Shown: positions 52,158 through 62,645 of the stretch, piece after piece
How positions within the stretch are numbered: position 1 is the stretch's first letter
Layout: each line of letters opens with the position of its first letter
Made by a program: the position numbers and the translations under genes
Assembly (NCBI GenBank): GCA_041749335.1
Contig: JBGTBM010000007.1
Span: 85,408-149,407, forward strand
Reading direction: 5' to 3'
Origin: Patescibacteria group bacterium
GTDB lineage: Bacteria > Patescibacteriota > JABMPQ01
Length of the DNA: 64,000 nucleotides
Notes under the pieces: model-generated
Told to the model about the DNA's origin: nothing
Seen by the model: only the letters and a program-made list of their open reading frames with translations
Databases searched by the model: none

Positions 52158-53279
52158 TCAACCTTTGATTATATTAAATAGTTTTTTAATTTGATTATCA
52201 TAATTAAACATTGTATCTGAATAAATTTTAGCGTTTTTAGATAACTCATTTAGTAAATACTTATCTTCAATCAATTTCAATATTTTTTCCGCGATATCTT
52301 TATAATTTTTTTCTTCAACTAATAACCCGGTTTTGTTGTGGATTATAATTTCTGGCATACCTCCGGAATTTGAAGCAATGCCTGGTGTACCGCACATAGC
52401 TGCTTCTGCCAGGACTACGCCCAAACTATCACATCTTCCATCTTTTGATCTTATGCTGGAATGAACTAATAATTCACTATTTTTCATATAGATTAATACA
52501 TCTTGATGGCTCATACTGCCCAAAAAATTTACTTTTTGGCTAACTTTAAGCTGCCGCGCTAGTTTTTTGCAGCGCTCTAATTCGGGTCCGGCGCCAATAA
52601 AATTAACTTCAACCTTGGGATAATTTTTTAAAACGATGGGCAAAGCCCTGATTAGAAATTCTTGCCCCTTCCAGTCAATAAATCTGCCGACGGATATGAT
52701 GCGAAAAATATCATCATTTGTTTTATCTACCTTTGGGATATCAATTTTAATCGCGGGCCGCCAGACTTGAATTTTATCTTTCGGAGCTCCCAATTTAACT
52801 AAATTTATTTTAAGGAAATTTGAGGTGCACAGAATTATTTTGGAATAATCAAATATCAGTGGCAATTTATTTTGATAATCTTTTTTATCGGGGTCAAAGG
52901 GATCGCGAGTGACATCTGCTCCATAAAAAGTAGTGATGTGGGGGAGATTATTTTGAATAGCTAAATCAATTCCTTTCTGGGCAGCCCAGCCAAAATGGCT
53001 GTGAACGACATCTATATTTCCCTTTTTAATATATTTATTCCAAAATAAAGTCGCGCCATCGCTTTTGGTTAACTTTCCCAAGGCCCGGTAATAATTTATT
53101 TTACATTTAGGAGCGTCTTTATAGCTATGAACAATTTTATGGCTGAAAGAGTCGGTATTAATAATTTTATGGCAAAAAATATCAGATTCAAAACCAATTT
53201 TTTCCAAACCTTTAATCTGTGAGTATATCCAGCTTTCCGTAACAGGTAGGAATTTGTCTAGTATTTGCGCGATTTTCAT
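52158..53279 (-). CDS. Glycosyltransferase family 4 (WcaL-like)
   Basis: HSHFG, TFYGADV, VGRFIDWKG, EAAMCG.P; ATG 53279 preferred. Confidence 0.88.
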   Translation of the reverse strand: MKIAQILDKFLPVTESWIYSQIKGLEKIGFESDIFCHKIINTDSFSHKIVHSYKDAPKCKINYYRALGKLTKSDGATLFWNKYIKKGNIDVVHSHFGWAAQKGIDLAIQNNLPHITTFYGADVTRDPFDPDKKDYQNKLPLIFDYSKIILCTSNFLKINLVKLGAPKDKIQVWRPAIKIDIPKVDKTNDDIFRIISVGRFIDWKGQEFLIRALPIVLKNYPKVEVNFIGAGPELERCKKLARQLKVSQKVNFLGSMSHQDVLIYMKNSELLVHSSIRSKDGRCDSLGVVLAEAAMCGTPGIASNSGGMPEIIIHNKTGLLVEEKNYKDIAEKILKLIEDKYLLNELSKNAKIYSDTMFNYDNQIKKLFNIIKG

Positions 53280-53339
53280 ATATTTATATTTCCCCAAATT
53301 ATACCAAGAAAAACCAAAATATCAATTATAATTTAAACA

Positions 53340-53369
53340 AAAATAGCAATTGTTATTGCTATTTTTTTT
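53340..53369. terminator. Bidirectional terminator-like hairpin
   Basis: AAAATAGCAAT-TGTT-ATTGCTATTTT. Confidence 0.55.
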
Positions 53370-53386
53370 GTTGTAAATATTTAATC

Positions 53387-56300
53387 TTAGAGATGTTTCT
53401 TTAAATACCACTTAAATTTTTTATAAGCAGCGAATAGAATCAGAGCAAGGAAAAATAATATGGAATTTATCGCAATAAAGCTAAAAGTAAGCTGAACACC
53501 AGTAATTAATCCCGGATAAATACTATTCCAGGCTCTGAAGGGATCTTGTTCCGCTACTCTGACTATGCCGCGTGCTACAAATAACATAAAAAACGGAATT
53601 GCGATAGTCCGCAATGACTTGGTATATAGAAGCACAAACAAAAAGCAAAAAATAGCCGTAAAGTAAACTACCATGCCGCGGCTGGGCTTTGTGGTGTTTA
53701 ATTTAGTTTCAAAACCATAAGGGATTACTTTAGCCAGCAATAAATCAACGTTATCTTTCAGCCCTTTAATTACGCTGTATTTTTCGGATAGCGGTATGGT
53801 TTTTTCCACTGCCTTTTCCTCTTCGGCTGCAGCGGACGAACTAAACTTAAGAATTTTATTAATAGCAATTTCTTCCTGATTTAAATAAACGCTTTTAATA
53901 AAAATTTCATTGGCATTATCGTCTTTTCCTTTAAAGCCGATATTGATTTCTTCGCTGCCATAATATTCAAACGGGATTTCAAAATTGGAAGTAATTTCGG
54001 TATCAATCGTTTTTTCCGCGATTAATTCGCCATTTACTGATATTTGCAGCAGCGGCCAAATATTTTTATCAAGGCCATGAACATTGGCAATGACAGATAT
54101 TTTACTGTATTTGCGTGTGCAATCCCCGGAACAGGTAGTCGGAGATTCTCCCATTTCACAGATATTATTGCCGCACTCAACTTCGCTTATATTATATTTA
54201 ATATTAAAATTATCAATTGAATAAACTTCTTCCATATCAAAGTTTTCAAAATCCGTGTTGGTGAAAATTTCATAATTTTTGTCCGGCGATAGATTATTAT
54301 CAGCAATATCGCTGTTGTAATATTTCGCGATTGAAGCAAGATAGGAATCCGGATATAATTGTCCCACCTCTTTAAGCTTAATGGCCGCTTCTTGGTCAAT
54401 AAAATCATTATTGGCCAAATAATTTACCGCGCTATTTATTAGTTCTGTTGCCCGGTATTCGGCGATAGCCCGGTAAAGATTATTTTCAAGGCTATTTTCA
54501 ATATTCAGATATTGTCTTAACGCCTCCTTGTTTTTCCCCAGAGCTTCTAAATTAAATGCTCTAGACAGATAAATTATATTTTGTGCGTTGGGGTCTTTCC
54601 CATAAAATTTATTCAAGGCGGATAAGACAATAATTTCCTGCGCAATATTGCCTGCGTTTTTTTCTAAAAGCGCGTGATAAATTTGCAGCGCCTTTTCTTT
54701 ATTGCCATTTTCATTATGCGCCATTGCCAGCATTAAATTGATATTAAATTCCTCCGGGTAGTTATGGTAATTGACTATTTCATTAAAAACATCAATCGCT
54801 TTGGCATAATTTTTATTTTTTAAATATACTTCAGCCAGGTTTATTTTCATTTTAGGAACATAAGATGCCTCCGGATTTAGCTTGATAATGGTTTCATAGG
54901 CCTTGGTTGCTTTATCGTAGTCTTTAAGCTCCATAAAAATTATGGCAATTTGATGCATAACATCTGCAATATGAACATTATCGGGATAATCTTGGATAAA
55001 ATTTAAATAGTAATCAAGCGCTAATTTATAATAGCTTTCTTGATTAATATAGCCCTTTTTAAAACCAAAATAATCTTCTTCCTTGGTGGCGGCCTTGTTT
55101 AAATAATGGGCGGCCAGAGAATTAATCGCTTTGGCTTTTATATCTTTAATTTCACCGTAGTCAATAATTATTCGTTCCAGATTTTCTTGAGCCTGTAGTA
55201 TTTTACCTTCATTCGCTAAAGAGTTGGCGTATTCAATTTCTCTTTCGCCGTATGTTTCTTTGTCGGTTACTTCTTTATAGTAATCAATAAAATCAACCTC
55301 TCTGATGCTTTTATATAAATCCAAACTGTTAAATACATCCATTTTGTAATCCCAAATATATGCCTCGGCGGATAAGCCGGACAGGATAAATCGCTTAGTA
55401 TGATATTCCGTGTTGGGAATCAGCATTAATAAGCTAAAAACAAATACTACTAAAAATAATAATTTGTATGATATTTTTTTAAATACTCGCGCGGATAAAA
55501 TAATAATCAGCATTAATCCCATGAATGCAAATAGCAGCCGGATATTATTTCCTCCGGAAATAACGTTGGGCATAAAATAATTGCTCATAATCAAGCCCGT
55601 GTCGGTCGCGCCATGGTAGCCGATTGGCATATGCGCCAGCGCGCCGATAAAAATATAAATAAACATTATCAAGAAATAGGATGTAAAAGAAAAGATGATA
55701 AAAAATATTATATTGGTTAATTTTTTAATGTTAAGGGCCAGCCAAATTAAGAAGGCGCAAAATATGGCTAATAAAATATTGCTTAATACAAATATCAATT
55801 TTGCGTTATATTTAAATAATTTTTGATTATAGCCTAAATTGCGCGCTTTGATCTCTTTGATCTCATCCATAATATTATCATTGGGCGCTATTACTATCTT
55901 TTGGGGGTAATCCGCAATTAACTTGCGGGCGCAGCTATTATTTTTAAAACTTTCTGCAATTATTATCTTTTTCATTCCCAGGCCGGCAATTTTAAATTCA
56001 GCTACGCTGCAGTTTGAAACATTGCCAATAATTACTCCGTCAAAAGATTGGTTTACAAACAGCACCCACCTTAGGTATCCGGGCAAACTGCTATGTTTAT
56101 AAATTTTTATGCCTTGTTCATTGCCATATGTGGTATTGTCGGATGAATAGTTTAGTATCAACTTGGTTGGATTGGGAATTAATAAAGAAAAAATAACCAT
56201 GATAATAAAAATTGATAAACCGGCAAATGCAAAATCTTTATAGCTGAATTTTACCTTTTTTATTTTTAATTTTTCAAAATACAAAAATCCTAAAATGCTA

Positions 56301-57172
56301 ATTAAGATGATCAAAAAAATAATAATTTGGATAAAAGTATGAAAATTATAGTGATAATAAACTATGGCCGGGTTTGTAAAAGAGTGAAAAAAGTAGTTGC
56401 GCTCATCAATTTTATAGCTATTGGCAAAGTTATTGTCGCCGAATTTAATTACTTTGGTATTTTGGGGCAGCTGGATGGTAGCGGTATTGAAGCCCGCTCC
56501 GTTTACATTTATGGTTTCCCCCTGAAGAGGTGAAATAAAGCTTAAGCCCAAAAGGGAAGTAAAATGAGCGTGGGATACCAAAGTCAGCTCTTCTTGATTT
56601 GCGATGGAAGTAATGGTTTTGGATTTGGACGAATTTCCCGCCTGATCAATTACGGTAACATTCGCCGGAATCTGGATAGATCCTCTTAAATCTCTGATAT
56701 ACATCTTTACTTCCGCGATATCTTTGGAAGGCTTAAAAATGAAGGATTTATTGGGGGGACTGATTACTATTTTCCACTTAAAATTACCCCTTTTGGACAT
56801 ACTATAGCCGTTGTTGTCAATTTTTTCTTGCCAATCTACACCTGAATAATCGGCCGGTTCAACCGGGTCATATCCGTAGTCTTTTTTTAGATCAAGAAAA
56901 AATATGCCCAGCAGGACGCCAAAGACCAAACCCAATATCAATAAATAGGAAATCAGAATTTTTCTCCTAATTATTCTTGGCTTAACCCATTGATAAAAAG
57001 GCCGCAACAATTTACGTAGGCGATCCACCAAGGGCCTAAAAAAAACAAAAAACCTAGACAAATAGATACTTTTTAGTAGGTTTCTTAATCTTAGGTAAAT
57101 TGTCGTTTTTGTTTTTGCGATATATTGGCTTATTTTGGCCAATATTTTGTTTTTGTGTATATCCATCTGCAT
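53387..57172 (-). CDS. Large multi-pass membrane TPR protein with Cys-rich motif and CBM-like domain
   Basis: Several TM blocks, TPR repeats, CGNNICEMGESPTTCSGDC, WP.LQISVNGE..IFIKSVYLN. Confidence 0.8.
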   Translation of the reverse strand: MQMDIHKNKILAKISQYIAKTKTTIYLRLRNLLKSIYLSRFFVFFRPLVDRLRKLLRPFYQWVKPRIIRRKILISYLLILGLVFGVLLGIFFLDLKKDYGYDPVEPADYSGVDWQEKIDNNGYSMSKRGNFKWKIVISPPNKSFIFKPSKDIAEVKMYIRDLRGSIQIPANVTVIDQAGNSSKSKTITSIANQEELTLVSHAHFTSLLGLSFISPLQGETINVNGAGFNTATIQLPQNTKVIKFGDNNFANSYKIDERNYFFHSFTNPAIVYYHYNFHTFIQIIIFLIILISILGFLYFEKLKIKKVKFSYKDFAFAGLSIFIIMVIFSLLIPNPTKLILNYSSDNTTYGNEQGIKIYKHSSLPGYLRWVLFVNQSFDGVIIGNVSNCSVAEFKIAGLGMKKIIIAESFKNNSCARKLIADYPQKIVIAPNDNIMDEIKEIKARNLGYNQKLFKYNAKLIFVLSNILLAIFCAFLIWLALNIKKLTNIIFFIIFSFTSYFLIMFIYIFIGALAHMPIGYHGATDTGLIMSNYFMPNVISGGNNIRLLFAFMGLMLIIILSARVFKKISYKLLFLVVFVFSLLMLIPNTEYHTKRFILSGLSAEAYIWDYKMDVFNSLDLYKSIREVDFIDYYKEVTDKETYGEREIEYANSLANEGKILQAQENLERIIIDYGEIKDIKAKAINSLAAHYLNKAATKEEDYFGFKKGYINQESYYKLALDYYLNFIQDYPDNVHIADVMHQIAIIFMELKDYDKATKAYETIIKLNPEASYVPKMKINLAEVYLKNKNYAKAIDVFNEIVNYHNYPEEFNINLMLAMAHNENGNKEKALQIYHALLEKNAGNIAQEIIVLSALNKFYGKDPNAQNIIYLSRAFNLEALGKNKEALRQYLNIENSLENNLYRAIAEYRATELINSAVNYLANNDFIDQEAAIKLKEVGQLYPDSYLASIAKYYNSDIADNNLSPDKNYEIFTNTDFENFDMEEVYSIDNFNIKYNISEVECGNNICEMGESPTTCSGDCTRKYSKISVIANVHGLDKNIWPLLQISVNGELIAEKTIDTEITSNFEIPFEYYGSEEINIGFKGKDDNANEIFIKSVYLNQEEIAINKILKFSSSAAAEEEKAVEKTIPLSEKYSVIKGLKDNVDLLLAKVIPYGFETKLNTTKPSRGMVVYFTAIFCFLFVLLYTKSLRTIAIPFFMLFVARGIVRVAEQDPFRAWNSIYPGLITGVQLTFSFIAINSILFFLALILFAAYKKFKWYLKKHL

Positions 57173-57248
57173 GGGATGGTATTAGCTGCTTATATCTTTA
57201 TATTCTTATATAATTATAACAGAAAATTAGGCTAAAATCAAGGCTTTA

Positions 57249-58661
57249 TTACTTAAAAAATTTATATTTTAAATTTATAAAACCTTTTTCAAATTTTTTA
57301 TAGATGATGTTATTAAAAATATATTTTATTCTCTTATTGATGGGCTCTTTATCTTTAATATAAACATTGTAATAAAACCACTTAATTTGGTGCCGGATTA
57401 ATCTATTGTTAAAATTAGTATTTTTTAATATTGATTCTTTACGTTCCTTTATATTGATTAAATTATCTTTAATCAGATTGTTTTCTTTACAAAAATTGTA
57501 AAGATCGGTGCCCGGATAAGGATAAAAAACGTTCAACTGATATTCGTCTGGTTGACAAATTTTACATACTCTTATTGTTTCTTGGAAATTATCAAGTGTT
57601 TCTCTTGGTAGACCAATTAAGAGATAAAAATTTAAACGCAATTTATACTTTCTAGCTAAATTTACAACTTTGAATACATCTTCGTTTGTATAAAATCGGT
57701 TTAAAATTTTTTCTCGAATTTCTTTACTACCGGACTCTAGTCCAATATTAATATAATTAAAATTTGCCTTTTTAAAGTATGAAAATAATTCTTCATAGTT
57801 GATATTTGGAGCAATGCGAAGATTGACGCCATATTTTATATTGGGATATTTAAAATTAAAATTAATTAGATTTTGACATAGCTCAATCGCAAAATTCATA
57901 TCTATTCCAATTGTCTCAATTTCAAAATATATTTTTTTTAAGTTTGGGTTAGCTGATGTTATAAATTCAAGCTCAGACATTATATTGTTTACGGACCTTG
58001 CACGAACATATTTGCCATTTAAAACTTTTCTTAAAGCATGGTTACAGCAATAAGAGCAGGAAAATGGACAACCGCGTCCAAGTAGTATTACCTGAAAATT
58101 TTTATTTTGTGTTAGCCATTTACCCCAACTATTTCTGTCAGGAAATGGCAAGGAGTCTAGATCTTGGATCAAAATGTTTTTATCGTTTTTTTCAATATCT
58201 GTTTTGTTCTTTATCCATAAATTATTAATATTTGATATTGGCAATTTTTTATTTATTTTGTGACACAATTCAAGCATGGGTAATTCACCTTCTCCAATAC
58301 ATAAAGCATCAAATGGACTTGTTGTTAATATTTCTGGATTTAAGATAGCATGGGTCCCGCCAATAATATGAAAAATATCTTTTGTGTTATTTTTTATAAC
58401 CTTAGCAACTTTAGATATTCGATTATATTGACTAGCAATACTGGTATAACCAATGATTCTTGGATTAAAATTATTTATAAAATTTAATATATCATTTTTC
58501 GAAGTATTTTCAGTTATTGCGAGAATATCAGTTTTAAATCCATGTTTTTTTAAAAAGGATGAAATATATGATATGCCAAAATGCATTCTGGCTGGATTTA
58601 CCAGAGCCTTTTTTTCTTTATTGGGCTCATAATCTAAACTATATATAAATAATACTTTCAT
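57249..58661 (-). CDS. B12-binding domain radical SAM protein
   Basis: G.SYISSFLK..G, GGTHA, GEGE, RGCPFSCSYC, GLESGS, PYPGT. Confidence 0.9.
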   Translation of the reverse strand: MKVLFIYSLDYEPNKEKKALVNPARMHFGISYISSFLKKHGFKTDILAITENTSKNDILNFINNFNPRIIGYTSIASQYNRISKVAKVIKNNTKDIFHIIGGTHAILNPEILTTSPFDALCIGEGELPMLELCHKINKKLPISNINNLWIKNKTDIEKNDKNILIQDLDSLPFPDRNSWGKWLTQNKNFQVILLGRGCPFSCSYCCNHALRKVLNGKYVRARSVNNIMSELEFITSANPNLKKIYFEIETIGIDMNFAIELCQNLINFNFKYPNIKYGVNLRIAPNINYEELFSYFKKANFNYINIGLESGSKEIREKILNRFYTNEDVFKVVNLARKYKLRLNFYLLIGLPRETLDNFQETIRVCKICQPDEYQLNVFYPYPGTDLYNFCKENNLIKDNLINIKERKESILKNTNFNNRLIRHQIKWFYYNVYIKDKEPINKRIKYIFNNIIYKKFEKGFINLKYKFFK

Positions 58662-60634
58662 ATTTTTGATAATTTATTTCTAATTTCATCTATCTGATCG
58701 CGGAGTTCCGCCGCCTCCTCAAATTCCAGGTTTTGAGCATGAATTTCCATCTGATTTTGCATATTTTTGATAATTTCCAGCAATTCTTGTTTGCTGCGCT
58801 TTTCAATTGCTTTAAGATCAAGCTTATTTTTTGGCTTTCTTTCAGCCTTAATATAATCTTCACTAATAGCTTTTTTGATGGATTTGGGGGTGATGCCATG
58901 GCGCTTATTGTATGCTTCTTGATACTTTCTTCTTCTTTGAGTTACGCTGATCGCGCGTTTCATGCTGGAGGTTAAAGTATCGGCATACATAATAACATGG
59001 CCTTCTCGGTGGCGGGCGGCGCGGCCAATTGTTTGCACCAGCGCAGTCTCTGATCTTAAGAAGCCTTCTTTATCCGCATCTAATATCGCAATAAGGCTTA
59101 CTTCCGGTAAATCAAGGCCTTCACGCAATAAGTTGATGCCTACTATCACGTCATATTTGCCCAGGCGCAAATCGCGCAAAATCTCAATGCGATCCAGGGT
59201 ATCAATGTCGGAATGCAGATATTGCACCTTTATTTCTTGTTCAATTAAATATTCTGTCAGCTGTTCGGCCAATTGCTTGGTGAGAGTCGTTACCAGCGCT
59301 CTTTGGCCCTTTTTGACAGTTTGTTTGATATTTTTTATTAAATCCGGGACTTGATTTTGAGTGGGCTTGATTTCAATGGTCGGATCTAAAAGTCCGGTAG
59401 GCCTTACTAACTGCTGGGCTATTTGTTCGGAATATTCCAATTCAAATGGGCCGGGAGTGGCGGAAACAAATATCGCCTGATTAATTCTTTGTTCAAATTC
59501 GTCAAATTTTAGCGGGCGGTTATCCAGCGCGGACGGCAGGCGAAAGCCGTAGTCAATTAGCGTCTGCTTGCGGGATTGGTCGCCAAAATACATGCCGCGC
59601 ACCTGGGGAATAGTCATATGTGATTCATCAATAAAAGTAAGAAAGTCTTGGGGGAAGTATTCCATTAGAGTATTGGGAGCATCGCCGGTATTTCTATTGT
59701 CAAAATAACGGGAGTAATTTTCAATGCCTTTGCAGTAGCCGGTCTCTTTGATCATTTCCAGATCGTATTTGGTTTTTTGCTCCAGCCTTTGCGCTTCTAC
59801 TAGCTTATTTTGGGTTTTAAATTGAGCTACTCTTTTTTTTAGATCTTTTTTAATCTTTTCAATTCCACCTTGTTGGCGTTTGAGCGGAGCGATATAGTGG
59901 GTGCCGGGGAAAATTCTAATTTCCCGGGGCGCTTCCAAAACCTCGCCGGTAATATAATTAATCCAGGTTATTTTTTCAATTTGGTCGCCAAAAAATTCCA
60001 GCCGATAAAATTTATTGTCTGAATATATTGGGAAAATTTCCACCGTATCTCCGCGCACGCGAAAAGTTCCGCGGTTAAAAGCGATATCATTTCTTTGGTA
60101 TTGAATTTCGATTAAATCTCTTAGCAGTTGGTCGCGCCCTCTTTTTTCTTTTATTTTCAGGGGAATACTGTAGCGTTGATATTCTTCCGCCGGTCCCAAA
60201 TTGTAAATACAAGATACCGAGGCGCAGATAATTACATCCTGCTGCGAGAGCAAAGCGGAGGTGGCGGCATGGCGCAAGCGGTCAATTTCTTCATTGATAG
60301 CGGAATCTTTGTCAATATAGGTATCAGTTTGGGGAATATAGGCTTCCGGTTGGTAATAATCATAATAGCTGACAAAATAATGCACTTCGTTTTGGGGAAA
60401 AAATTTTTTAAATTCCGAGGCCAGCTGGGCAGCCAAGGTTTTATTATGCGATATCACCAAGGTTGGTTTCTGCGCTTGTTCGATAATTTTCGCCATGGCA
60501 AATGTTTTACCGGAGCCGGTTACGCCCAAAAGTGTTTGATATTTATGCTTATTTAAGCCTTGGGATAATTTTAAAATCGCCTGAGGTTGATCTCCGGTTG
60601 GTTTGAAACTTGATTGTACTTTAAATTTTGGCAT
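58658..60634 (-). CDS. uvrB: Excinuclease ABC subunit B
   Basis: GVTGSGKT, YYDYYQPEAY, DESH, NLLREGLD, C-terminal UVR. Confidence 0.98.
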   Translation of the reverse strand: MPKFKVQSSFKPTGDQPQAILKLSQGLNKHKYQTLLGVTGSGKTFAMAKIIEQAQKPTLVISHNKTLAAQLASEFKKFFPQNEVHYFVSYYDYYQPEAYIPQTDTYIDKDSAINEEIDRLRHAATSALLSQQDVIICASVSCIYNLGPAEEYQRYSIPLKIKEKRGRDQLLRDLIEIQYQRNDIAFNRGTFRVRGDTVEIFPIYSDNKFYRLEFFGDQIEKITWINYITGEVLEAPREIRIFPGTHYIAPLKRQQGGIEKIKKDLKKRVAQFKTQNKLVEAQRLEQKTKYDLEMIKETGYCKGIENYSRYFDNRNTGDAPNTLMEYFPQDFLTFIDESHMTIPQVRGMYFGDQSRKQTLIDYGFRLPSALDNRPLKFDEFEQRINQAIFVSATPGPFELEYSEQIAQQLVRPTGLLDPTIEIKPTQNQVPDLIKNIKQTVKKGQRALVTTLTKQLAEQLTEYLIEQEIKVQYLHSDIDTLDRIEILRDLRLGKYDVIVGINLLREGLDLPEVSLIAILDADKEGFLRSETALVQTIGRAARHREGHVIMYADTLTSSMKRAISVTQRRRKYQEAYNKRHGITPKSIKKAISEDYIKAERKPKNKLDLKAIEKRSKQELLEIIKNMQNQMEIHAQNLEFEEAAELRDQIDEIRNKLSKI

Positions 60635-60644
60635 TTAAATCGAT

Positions 60645-60736
60645 TAACAAGGTGCAAGGTACAAGTAAAAAAGGTATAAAAGCACTTAAATTATACAATG
60701 CTTAATTATTTGAATCTTGTTTCTTGTAACTTGTAT
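60645..60736. repeat. Gene-less inverted heptamer element
   Basis: TAACAAG GTGCAAG GTACAAG ... CTTGTTT CTTGTAA CTTGTAT. Confidence 0.7.
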
Positions 60737-60976
60737 TTTTAGATAATATTCATTATTCAAAATACACGATCTGATAAAGCTAACAAGCTAATTGCCTAGC
60801 ATAATTCATTCTTATTCCTTTATACTTCATAATTTTTGATTAATAATTTAAACACAGGATACAAAATTCAAATCCCTGTAAACCCAAAAACCCACAAGCT
60901 GCAATCCGGCCTGTCTATTGTCCATTGAAAATTGTGCATTGTTAAGAATACCATTTAACTTTATAATAAAAACAAT

Positions 60977-61555
60977 ATGATTACATATTTAAGAGGTAAA
61001 ATAAAAAAAGTTCGGGAGGAATTTTTAATTTTGGACGTAAATGGGGTAGGCTATCGAATTTTTGGCACCCAGCAGATGCTGCATAGTCTGAAAAATGAAT
61101 CCGGGGATGTGGAGATCTATACTCATCAGCACATCCGAGAAGATTCCCAAGAATTATATGGATTTTTAACTTTGGAAGAGCTGGAATTTTTTGAAATTAT
61201 TATTTCGGTATCGGGAGTGGGTCCAAGAATCGGACTGGCGATTTTGGAGATTTCTGGCGTGCCGGATATTAAAAAGGCGATCGCTACCTCAAATGTTGAT
61301 TACCTGACTCGGGTGCCCGGCATTGGTCGAAAAAAAGCGGAATTGATTATATTAAATTTAAAAAGCAAAATGGATGTTTTGGTAGGAGGGGACGGTTTGA
61401 ATTTATCCAATGATGATTCTGATTCGGTCAATGCTCTAATCCGCTTGGGATATAACAGAAACGAAGCGTTGGAGGCGCTGGAAAGCGTACCGCAAGATGT
61501 AAAAGACGCCGGTGAGCGCATTAGGCTGGCCTTAAGGAATATTGGCAAGAAATAA
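60977..61555 (+). CDS. ruvA: Holliday junction branch migration protein RuvA
   Basis: DVNGVGY, REDSQELYGF, VSGVGPR, VPGIGRKKAE. Confidence 0.96.
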   Translation: MITYLRGKIKKVREEFLILDVNGVGYRIFGTQQMLHSLKNESGDVEIYTHQHIREDSQELYGFLTLEELEFFEIIISVSGVGPRIGLAILEISGVPDIKKAIATSNVDYLTRVPGIGRKKAELIILNLKSKMDVLVGGDGLNLSNDDSDSVNALIRLGYNRNEALEALESVPQDVKDAGERIRLALRNIGKK

Positions 61556-61557
61556 CA

Positions 61558-62583
61558 ATGAAAATATTTTATTATCATCTTAAAGATAAAACCAAGATTA
61601 ATAATTTTATACTGGAAAATGGCGGCCATTTGCTGCAAAGTTATGATTGGGGAAAATTTCAAGAGAGCGAAGGGCGTCAAATTTTTCGTTTAGGCGTAGA
61701 AAGCAGCGGCGAAATATTAATCTATGCTCAAGCCTTAGTTTATAAATTACCTCTAAATAAAAGTTATCTTTATATTCCGCGCGGTCCGGTTTTTAATAAA
61801 TCACCCAAAAATGGCGACCGTCAGGAAATTTTAGAGATTATTTTAAACGAATTAAAAAAACTTGCTAAAAAGAACCGAGCGATCTTTATAAAAATTGATC
61901 CGGAAATAGAACGAGGGACAGAAGAAGAAAAATTATATACCGATGCGGGCTTTATTGTTTCCAGTAAAAAGATTCAGCCGGCCGATACTTTGATTTTAAA
62001 CATTGGAAGAACGAAGGAAGAGATTTTACAAGCTATGCATCATAAAACCAGATATAACATTCGTTTGTCAGCCCGCAAGGAAGTCAAGGTCAGACCGGGG
62101 AAAGATGAGCGTGACGTTGCCGCATTTTATAATTTAATGGCGATGACGGCCGACAGAGACAATTTTAAACCACATAGTAAAAATTATTATCATAATCAGC
62201 TTAAGATTTTAGGTGCGGACAATTTATTAAGGCTTTATTTAGCGGAAAAAGATCATCAAATTATTGCCGGGATTATAGTTTCTTTTTGGGGCGGACGGGC
62301 GACTTATCTGCATGGGGCGCTGGATAGCAAATATCGAAAATTTATGGCTCCTCATTTATTGCAGTGGGAGGCGATATTGGATGCCAAAAAAAACGGTTGT
62401 AAGGAATATGATATGTGGGGGATCGCTCCCAAAGATCACGACAATGATCATCCCTGGTCAGGCATTACGCGCTTCAAAGAAGGCTTTGGCGGCAAAAAAT
62501 TATATTTTGCCGGTCCTTTTGATCTGGTGCTGCAAAAATTCTGGTATCGGCTTTATAAATTAGCATCATTAAAAAAAGCCTGA
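61558..62583 (+). CDS. FemABX/MurM family peptidyltransferase
   Basis: LQS..WG.FQ, YIPRGP, KTRYNIR, LQWEAI, FKEGFGG. Confidence 0.9.
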   Translation: MKIFYYHLKDKTKINNFILENGGHLLQSYDWGKFQESEGRQIFRLGVESSGEILIYAQALVYKLPLNKSYLYIPRGPVFNKSPKNGDRQEILEIILNELKKLAKKNRAIFIKIDPEIERGTEEEKLYTDAGFIVSSKKIQPADTLILNIGRTKEEILQAMHHKTRYNIRLSARKEVKVRPGKDERDVAAFYNLMAMTADRDNFKPHSKNYYHNQLKILGADNLLRLYLAEKDHQIIAGIIVSFWGGRATYLHGALDSKYRKFMAPHLLQWEAILDAKKNGCKEYDMWGIAPKDHDNDHPWSGITRFKEGFGGKKLYFAGPFDLVLQKFWYRLYKLASLKKA

Positions 62584-62645
62584 TAATTTCATCTGGAATT
62601 GGACTGAAAAAAATGGTATAATTAAATTACATAAATAAAAATTCA

